This document shows positions 57,685-64,000 of a DNA stretch of 64,000 nucleotides, one piece after another. The stretch's first letter is position 1. Every line of letters starts with the position of its first letter. The DNA is taken from sequence record DRR378314_1079; one strand, 5' to 3'. Both the position numbers and the translations under genes were made by a program. Below the pieces are notes generated by a model that did no database searches, was not told the origin of the DNA, and saw only the letters and a program-made list of their open reading frames with translations.

Positions 57685-58530
57685 ATGGTTGAATACACCG
57701 AAGTAGGAAAACCGAACCTGATTGGTACTGATGCCCCCCGGCCGCAGGACAAAAATCCGAAAGGCGTTGACCGCATTATTGCCATCGCCTCCGGTAAAGG
57801 GGGTGTTGGCAAGTCGACCGTGGCTTCCAACCTGGCGGTGGCTCTGGCCTCGAAAGGCCTGAAAGTGGGCCTGTTGGACGCCGACGTCTATGGTCCCAGC
57901 CAGCCCCGCATGATGGGGGTTTCAGGCCGTCCGTCCAGCCCCGACGGGCATACCATCCTGCCTCTGCGGAATCATGGGGTCACCCTGATGTCGCTTGGGC
58001 TAATGTCGCCGGATGATGAAGCCATTGTGTGGCGTGGGCCCATGTTGATGGGGGCGCTGCAACAGATGATGAACCAGGTGGACTGGGGAAGGCTGGACGT
58101 ACTGCTGGTGGACCTGCCGCCCGGTACCGGTGACGTGCAAATGACCCTGAGCCAGAAATTCTTCGTTGCGGGCGCGGTTGTGGTCTCCACACCCCAGGAC
58201 ATTGCCCTGATGGATGCCCGCAAAGGCATTGATATGTTCAATCGCATGGAGGTGCCGCTGTTCGGCCTGATTGAAAACATGGCGTCTTTTATCTGCGATG
58301 GTTGCGGTAAGGAGCACCATCCCTTCGGGCACGGCGGCGCCCGGGCGGAAGCGGAAAAGCTGGGCGCGCCCTTCCTGGGCGAGATTCCGCTGGACCTGGA
58401 TATCCGCGTTGGTTCGGATGGCGGCGTTCCGATCGTGGTGTCGAAGCCGGACAGCCCACAGTCGCGGGCCTTCCAGCGCATCGCCGATGAACTGATCGCC
58501 TCGGACGTCTACGCAAAGGCCATGAGATGA
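57685..58530 (+). CDS. apbC: Mrp/NBP35 Fe-S cluster carrier ATPase
   Basis: SGKGGVGKST, DADVYGPS, WRGPM, DLPPGTGD, STPQ, ENM..F.CDGC. Confidence 0.92.
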   Translation: MVEYTEVGKPNLIGTDAPRPQDKNPKGVDRIIAIASGKGGVGKSTVASNLAVALASKGLKVGLLDADVYGPSQPRMMGVSGRPSSPDGHTILPLRNHGVTLMSLGLMSPDDEAIVWRGPMLMGALQQMMNQVDWGRLDVLLVDLPPGTGDVQMTLSQKFFVAGAVVVSTPQDIALMDARKGIDMFNRMEVPLFGLIENMASFICDGCGKEHHPFGHGGARAEAEKLGAPFLGEIPLDLDIRVGSDGGVPIVVSKPDSPQSRAFQRIADELIASDVYAKAMR

Positions 58531-59231
58531 GTGAGTCACCGCAATTTCCGCCGCTGTTTACGGGCGAACGGGTGCCAAGCCAGACAGACCCGTTTGACAA
58601 GGCTGTCAGCCGTGCCATTGCCGGCGTTGATTCAGGCACGATTTTCTACTCAGACACCGTCGACACGTTGCGAGCGGCCCTGGTGCTGGCGCCGGAAAGC
58701 TCACTGGAAGAGGCTATCCAGTCGGTCTACGTGGCCCAGATAGGTCTGGCTGAGAGCTTGGGCGCCCTGGCTCCGCCCGAAGTACCGGTGTACTTTCAAT
58801 GGCCCGATCGTATCAAGGTCAACGGGGCGATCTGCGGCAGCGTTCGCTTTGCAGCGGATGTGTCTGAGGCCAATGCCCATCCGAACTGGCTGGTGATTGG
58901 CATTGAGGTACCGTTTTTGCCACTGGGCGGCGAGCCCGGCGAAAATCCGAATCAGACCTGCCTGTACGAGGAAGGCTGCATGGACATCACCCCCATGGCG
59001 CTTCTGGAAAGCTGGTCAAAGCATACCCTCCTGTGGCTGACCTACTTTATGGACAGCGGATTTGAGCGCGTACACAACGAGTGGCGGCCACGCTGTGACA
59101 CCCTGGGTAAAATGATTGATCATCCGAAGCCCGGGCTCTTTGTCGGATTGGATGAAAAAGGCCGCATGCTGTTGCGTGAGGGCGTCATGACCGAGACATT
59201 GAGTTTGATTGAATTCGCGGAGCATGTATGA
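58527..59231 (+). CDS. Biotin/lipoate ligase-like fold protein of fdh clusters
   Basis: PPL..G, LAPPE....F.WPD.I.VNG..CG, T.L.EEG, F.GLDE.G. Confidence 0.7.
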   Translation: MSESPQFPPLFTGERVPSQTDPFDKAVSRAIAGVDSGTIFYSDTVDTLRAALVLAPESSLEEAIQSVYVAQIGLAESLGALAPPEVPVYFQWPDRIKVNGAICGSVRFAADVSEANAHPNWLVIGIEVPFLPLGGEPGENPNQTCLYEEGCMDITPMALLESWSKHTLLWLTYFMDSGFERVHNEWRPRCDTLGKMIDHPKPGLFVGLDEKGRMLLREGVMTETLSLIEFAEHV

Positions 59232-59704
59232 AACTGGCCCGAACCCTGCGACTGGATATTTCCGATGAGAATGTTTATGAAACGCCGGCCCCCAGCGGCG
59301 AATGGGCCATCTCGGGTGGGTTCGAGTTTTCCAACTGGACCGAGGCGGATCTGACGGGAAAAGCCCGCCAGGCCTTCAGTAACGGTTGGTACAGCATCGA
59401 GTCGGGCGGTCGCGCCAGTTTTGTGGGCGTGTGCGACATCACCGAGGCGGAACTGGAACAGCTGCGCAAGACCCTGGCGCAGACCTTTGTGGACCATTAC
59501 GGGGCGCCGGATATCGATACCGCCTATCCCGTTGCCTGTGAAGAAATCGACCAGATGCGCAGCATGTGTGAGGATTTCGAGGACAATACGTTGTTGATGG
59601 TCAGCCGCACCCTGACTGAGCTGGGTGTCGAGGAAACCTACCGCTCCCGGGCGCCGCAGGATGCTTCGCTGGAAGCGTTTGCCGTCCACGGAAGCGTCGA
59701 ATGA
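59228..59704 (+). CDS. Conserved fdh-cluster protein (DUF6505-like)
   Basis: KLARTLRLD.SD..V...A..GEWAISG.F.F, GK.RQAF.NG, YGAP; translationally coupled. Confidence 0.7.
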   Translation: MKLARTLRLDISDENVYETPAPSGEWAISGGFEFSNWTEADLTGKARQAFSNGWYSIESGGRASFVGVCDITEAELEQLRKTLAQTFVDHYGAPDIDTAYPVACEEIDQMRSMCEDFEDNTLLMVSRTLTELGVEETYRSRAPQDASLEAFAVHGSVE

Positions 59705-59719
59705 TGATGGTCGAACGTA

Positions 59720-60982
59720 TTACAGCCCGAAGCTGCCGTAGGGGATAAACCGCACCGGGGTGCCCGGTTCTATCTGCTGGGGACTTTCATCCAGCTCCAC
59801 CAGGCCTTCGGACCACGCCAGCCCGGTCACCCGGCCTGATCCCTCGGAACCAAACACCTCGACCTGTCCGTCCCGGACGCGTGCACGCAACATCTCGCTG
59901 CGCCCCGGCTTCTTGTTCTTGGAAAAATTGGCGGGCATGAGGTAGGCCTGCGGCTCGAACCATTCACCTCCCGCTAACAGGGCCATGGCCGGTGCACCAA
60001 AGCGCAATGCACAGACCCAGGCAGCCACCGGATTCCCGGGTAGCCCAACCACCGGGGTTCCCTGGAACATGGCCAGCGCCAGCGGGCGGCCCGGTTTGAT
60101 GGCGATGCGCCAGTTGCTGATGTCACCGTGCGCTTTCAGCGTTTTCGATACGTGGTCTTCGTCGCCGGCCGACACACCGCCGCTGGTCAGGATCAGATCG
60201 CATTGCTCTGCACCTCGCTCCAGCGCTGCCTTGACCTCTTCGGCCCGATCGAGCACATGACCAAGGTCCACCAGGTCATAGCCGAGTTGCGTCACCAGGG
60301 CACTCAGCATCGGGCGATTTGCGTCATAGATCTGCCAGTCGGTGACCGCTGAGCCGACAGGCTTTACTTCATCACCCGTGGACAAAACGCCAACCCGCAG
60401 CCGCTGATAGACATCGACCGATTCGATACCCACGCTGGCAAGGACCGATATCTGGGTTGGCGTCAGGCGAGTGCCTGCCGTGAGGATGCGATCCCGGGCC
60501 TGGATGTCTTCACCGGCTTTGCGCGCGTTGGCGCCGGCTTTTAGTGTGCCGTTCAGTTGGAGTTGTCCACCGACAACCTCGCAGTCCTCTTCCAGCACCA
60601 CCGTATCCGTGCCCGCCGGGATGACTGCGCCCGTCAGGATCCGGATAGCGTGGCCTTCGGGCACACGCCCCAGGAATGGCTCCCCGGCGGCACTGCGGCC
60701 GTCGACCAGGGGCAGGGTGCAGGGCACGTTCGTCAACGGCCCTGCGAAGGCATAGCCATCAACCGCGGAATTGTTGCTGGGCGGGTGCGCGCGGGGTGCA
60801 TGGACATCGCTTGCCAGGATCCGGCCATTAACCTGCGAGAGCGGAACCGAGCGCTCTACGCCCACGACCGGATGCAGCCGTGAGCGCAGCCGCTCCAGCG
60901 CCTCTTCCACCGGTGTCCAGTTCACCCCGGGGGGCAGGGCGAAACAATCGTTGCGAAGCGGAGTTGTTGTTTTGCCGTTCAT
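59720..60982 (-). CDS. moeA: Molybdopterin molybdo/tungstotransferase
   Basis: NSAVDGYA, RILTGA.IP, STGDE, TSGGVSAGDED, KPGRP, GLPGNP. Confidence 0.95.
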   Translation of the reverse strand: MNGKTTTPLRNDCFALPPGVNWTPVEEALERLRSRLHPVVGVERSVPLSQVNGRILASDVHAPRAHPPSNNSAVDGYAFAGPLTNVPCTLPLVDGRSAAGEPFLGRVPEGHAIRILTGAVIPAGTDTVVLEEDCEVVGGQLQLNGTLKAGANARKAGEDIQARDRILTAGTRLTPTQISVLASVGIESVDVYQRLRVGVLSTGDEVKPVGSAVTDWQIYDANRPMLSALVTQLGYDLVDLGHVLDRAEEVKAALERGAEQCDLILTSGGVSAGDEDHVSKTLKAHGDISNWRIAIKPGRPLALAMFQGTPVVGLPGNPVAAWVCALRFGAPAMALLAGGEWFEPQAYLMPANFSKNKKPGRSEMLRARVRDGQVEVFGSEGSGRVTGLAWSEGLVELDESPQQIEPGTPVRFIPYGSFGL

Positions 60983-61470
60983 GATGTTCCTGGGCTCAGA
61001 ATAAAATCAGCGATGGCAGAGACGTTGTCCACGTCGAAAACCGGGCCCTGGAAATCCGCAGCATGGTCCGCCACTACGGCAATGATACTGTCGTCTTCGA
61101 GGTATAGGGGCGCACTCGCGCAATCCTGACGATGCACTTCGATCTTGGGGTGTGCATGGGTTTTGAAGCCCTCGACCACCACCCAGTCACAGGGCGCCAA
61201 CCGGCCCAGCAATTCATCCAGCGTCGGCTCATTGGTGCCATGCAACTCGTGCATGATGGCGAAGCGCTGCCCACCCGCCAGGATCACCTCACGCGCCCCG
61301 GCATCCCGGTGTTTGTAGCTGTCGGTACCGGGCTGGTCAACGTCCACCCCATGATGAGCGTGCTTGATCGAGTTCACCGTTAACCCCCTGCGGGACAGCT
61401 CGCGAATCAGGGCCGCAGCCAGCGTGGTCTTTCCGGTATTTTTCCAGCCCACAATGCCAATGACGTTCAC
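60979..61470 (-). CDS. mobB: Molybdopterin-guanine dinucleotide biosynthesis protein B
   Basis: GWKNTGKTT, KHAHH..DVD..GTDS, VEGFK. Confidence 0.95.
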   Translation of the reverse strand: MNVIGIVGWKNTGKTTLAAALIRELSRRGLTVNSIKHAHHGVDVDQPGTDSYKHRDAGAREVILAGGQRFAIMHELHGTNEPTLDELLGRLAPCDWVVVEGFKTHAHPKIEVHRQDCASAPLYLEDDSIIAVVADHAADFQGPVFDVDNVSAIADFILSPGTS

Positions 61471-62054
61471 TTCAGATGCTTCTCCGCCCAGGCCAGGTCT
61501 TCCGGTGTATTGATGTTGAAAAAGTCGTCCTCGTCAAACATGACCAGTGTCTCTCCCTGAACTTGTGTCCACTGGCGAATCTTGCGTACGCCATCGTTCA
61601 GGGCGGCCCGAAGATCATGCCTCAACGCCACCTGCCAGCGGCCGAAGGTCGGTTGGGGCAGTCGGCCACGTTCCGGGTCCGGTGTGGCCGCCAAAACGAC
61701 CGGCGTCTCATGTCCGGCCAATCGTGCAGCCAGGTCCCGGGGAAAAGATGGGGTGTCCGCGGCAACGCTGATCAACCACTCATACCCCTGTTCGGCGGCC
61801 CAATCCATGCCTGCCAGAATACCGGCCAGCGGGCCTGGGAAATCCGCGATAGAGTCGGCCACCACCGGCAGACCCAGGTCATCAAACCGGCTCAGGTCGC
61901 CATTGGCGTTCAACACCACGGCGTCAACCTGCGGCGTGATGCGCTCGATGACCCGCTGGATCAATGACTGATCACCCAGCATCAATCGTCCCTTGTCACC
62001 GCCGCCCATCCGGTTTGCCTGGCCGCCCGCCAGGATGACCGCGCACTCAGTCAT
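61467..62054 (-). CDS. mobA: Molybdenum cofactor guanylyltransferase
   Basis: ILAGG...RMGG.DKG, GPLAG, DTP, FFNINTPEDL. Confidence 0.95.
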   Translation of the reverse strand: MTECAVILAGGQANRMGGGDKGRLMLGDQSLIQRVIERITPQVDAVVLNANGDLSRFDDLGLPVVADSIADFPGPLAGILAGMDWAAEQGYEWLISVAADTPSFPRDLAARLAGHETPVVLAATPDPERGRLPQPTFGRWQVALRHDLRAALNDGVRKIRQWTQVQGETLVMFDEDDFFNINTPEDLAWAEKHLK

Positions 62055-62916
62055 GCTCGGCTCCTTTTCGACGGTGTTTCTTGTCTTCATCGGGAACCTG
62101 CGATAGGTCCTGATCGAACACCAGTCGGTGCTGGCCGCTGAGGCAGGTAAACTTCTTGCCCCGCATTCGTCCGATCAGGGTCAAACCGACCTGCCGGGCA
62201 ATATCAACGCCCCAGGCGGTAAAGCCGGACCGACTGATCAGGGTAGGGATACCCATGAGGGAGGTCTTGATGACCATTTCGGAGGTCAGGCGGCCCGTGG
62301 TGTAGAGGACCTTGTCGGCCGCAGTTATTCCGTTCAGGTGCATCCAGCCGGCGATCTTGTCGACCGCATTGTGGCGCCCGACATCCTCCATGTACGCCAG
62401 GATTTGGCGGCCCTGGCACAGCGCAGTGCCGTGAATGGCACCGGTTTCCATATACAGACTGGGCGTGTGGTTGATCTGGTAGGAGAGGTCGTAAAACGTG
62501 CTGGTGTGCACCGGCGTGTCCGGCAGCGACAGGCCTTCAAGCCCCGCCATCATGTCACCGAATACCGTGCCCACGGCGCAGCCCGACGTGCGGGTTTTCT
62601 TTTCCAGCTTGTCTTCGACGTCGGTGACACCGGCGGTTCGGACCACAGCGACTTCCAGTTCTTCGTCGTAGTCGATGCCGGTGACCTGATCGGTGTCTTT
62701 CAGCATGCCCTGATTGAGCAGAAAGCCGAGGGCCAGGTACTCCGGGTGATCGCCAATGGTCATCGCCGTGACGATTTCCTGGCTGTTCAGGTAGATGGTG
62801 AGTGGGCGCTCCTCAATAACGCTGATCGACTTCCCCTGGCCGGTTTCATCGACGCCCTCGACGGTGCGGGACAGTCGAGGGTCTTTGGGATCGGGCAGCA
62901 GGGGGTTTATCGTCAT
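62047..62916 (-). CDS. fdhD: Formate dehydrogenase accessory sulfurtransferase
   Basis: EERPLTIYLN, LALGFL, TSGC, TGAIH, EDVGRHNAVDK, TGRLTSEMV. Confidence 0.93.
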   Translation of the reverse strand: MTINPLLPDPKDPRLSRTVEGVDETGQGKSISVIEERPLTIYLNSQEIVTAMTIGDHPEYLALGFLLNQGMLKDTDQVTGIDYDEELEVAVVRTAGVTDVEDKLEKKTRTSGCAVGTVFGDMMAGLEGLSLPDTPVHTSTFYDLSYQINHTPSLYMETGAIHGTALCQGRQILAYMEDVGRHNAVDKIAGWMHLNGITAADKVLYTTGRLTSEMVIKTSLMGIPTLISRSGFTAWGVDIARQVGLTLIGRMRGKKFTCLSGQHRLVFDQDLSQVPDEDKKHRRKGAEHD

Positions 62917-62981
62917 TTTTGTTATCGACCTCTCTGGAACGCCACCGCCTTGAATGTCGATGCACGTCACCAGAGATTAGC

Positions 62982-63788
62982 CTATTTGGCATTCGGGAAA
63001 AACAGCTGTTGTCCCTCCACCCTGAAGTCGGCAATCGCTTGTTGGCCTTCTTCAGAAATCAGCCAGTCGTGCCATTGCCTGGCCAGATCGTGTTTGAGGT
63101 GTGGATGCTTCTCTTCAGAGAGGATCAGGCTGCCGTACTGGTTGAACAGCACTTCGTCGCCTTCAAAGAGCAGCTTCAGGTTCTGAGGGTTGCCAAAGGC
63201 CACCCAGGTGGCGCGATCCGACATCACGTACGCATCCATGGCGGCGGCGGTGTTGAGCGTTGGGCCCATGCCGCTGCCGAGTTCGCGGTACCAGTCGTCG
63301 TCGGGTTCAACGCCGGCGTCTTCCCAGAAGCGCAACTCGGCGCGATTGGTGCCGCTGTCATCGCCGCGTGACGTGAAGGGCGCCTCGGCATTGGCGATCG
63401 CTGCGAATGCTTCGGCGGCACTGTTCGCCTCACTGATATTGGCAGGGTCGTCTGCCGGGCCAATCAGCACGAAATCGTTGTACATGACATTGGCTCGCTC
63501 GCTGGCGAAGCCGTTTTCGACAAAACGCTTTTCTCCGGCGGTGTCATGCACCAGAAGGCTGTCGGCGTCACCCCGGCGGGCGATTTCAAACGCTTGCCCG
63601 GTACCCACGGCCACCACCCGCACGTCGATGCCGGTGGCGTTTTCGAATTGCGGTAAAATGGCGTCGAACAGCCCTGAGTTCTCGGTCGAGGTTGTCGAAG
63701 CCAGGGTGATGTAGTCATCGGCGAAAGCGCTGAGCGCCATGCCCATGCTGGTTACACCTGCGAGTATGAGGGTTAAGCCTTTTTTCAT
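62982..63788 (-). CDS. tupA: Tungstate ABC transporter substrate-binding protein
   Basis: TTTS-type motif (ASTTSTENSGL), GTGQA, MYNDF, SRGDDSGT, GMG, SDRAT, NQY. Confidence 0.9.
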   Translation of the reverse strand: MKKGLTLILAGVTSMGMALSAFADDYITLASTTSTENSGLFDAILPQFENATGIDVRVVAVGTGQAFEIARRGDADSLLVHDTAGEKRFVENGFASERANVMYNDFVLIGPADDPANISEANSAAEAFAAIANAEAPFTSRGDDSGTNRAELRFWEDAGVEPDDDWYRELGSGMGPTLNTAAAMDAYVMSDRATWVAFGNPQNLKLLFEGDEVLFNQYGSLILSEEKHPHLKHDLARQWHDWLISEEGQQAIADFRVEGQQLFFPNAK

Positions 63789-63803
63789 CTTGTTTTCTCC
63801 TTT

Positions 63804-64000
63804 CTAATCCGCCAGTTCCCCGGCAATAAACGCTTGCGCCTCTCGTGAGGCGGGTGCATCGAAAAAGGATTCCGCGGGCGCGTGTTCACGTACCTTTCCG
63901 CCTGAAAGAAACAGCACATCCCCGGCAAGGCGCCTGGCCTGGTGCAGATCGTGGGTGGTCATGACGATGCGCGTTCCCCGCTGATGAAACTCGCGAACCG
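63804..64000 (-). CDS. tupC: Tungstate ABC transporter ATP-binding protein, C-terminal part (truncated by the window)
   Basis: Hand translation VREFHQRGTRIVMTTHDLHQARRLAGDVLFL..GK...AFIAGELAD* contains the H-loop; lies immediately upstream of tupA. Confidence 0.8.
   Translation of the reverse strand, partial: VREFHQRGTRIVMTTHDLHQARRLAGDVLFLSGGKVREHAPAESFFDAPASREAQAFIAGELAD

Noticed and set aside
62128-63186. 352-aa ORF on the + strand
   Set aside because: Antisense to fdhD and tupA, which have clear family motifs.
1-64000. CRISPR arrays, tRNA/rRNA genes, IS elements, riboswitches
   Set aside because: No regularly spaced repeats, transposase or integrase ORFs, or recognisable RNA genes were seen. 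Intergenic gaps are short. A covariance-model search was not possible, so small RNAs could be missed.

Overview
Gene-dense 64 kb segment of a GC-rich Gram-negative chromosome. The gene repertoire suggests a marine gammaproteobacterium such as Marinobacter (inference). It is a patchwork of accessory nutrient-use modules: (1) two family III CoA-transferases, a citrate synthase and a GntR regulator (1-3.9 kb); (2) porin, LysR, a Dpp/Opp-type ABC importer and two alpha/beta hydrolases, linked by a shared ATGC-N7-GCAT box (4-13.9 kb); (3) a Cache_3-Cache_2 chemoreceptor; (4) a Fur-boxed siderophore ABC system, TonB-dependent receptor and divergent flavin-binding protein (16.8-23.6 kb); (5) choline-O-sulfate use via betC, BCCT, SulP and LysR (23.7-29.6 kb); (6) a ~16 kb carboxylate-catabolism island (32.3-48.1 kb); (7) a Cys-type, Tat-exported formate dehydrogenase cluster with Mo/W-bisPGD maturation genes and a tungstate ABC transporter (48.2-64 kb). 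The best candidate for an undescribed system is module 6. It encodes two citrate-family transporters, two outer-membrane proteins, two esterases, AtuA-like/DUF4387, PrpD-like, LeuCD-like and 2-hydroxyacid dehydrogenase genes. These surround an HTH-fused citrate synthase homologue that has lost its catalytic residues. A shared palindrome (approx. GTAAANATTGA-N9-TCAAT) occurs in all four promoter-bearing intergenic regions of the island. No rRNA, tRNA, CRISPR array, integrase or transposase was recognised. Family assignments come from motif recognition by eye, not database searches.
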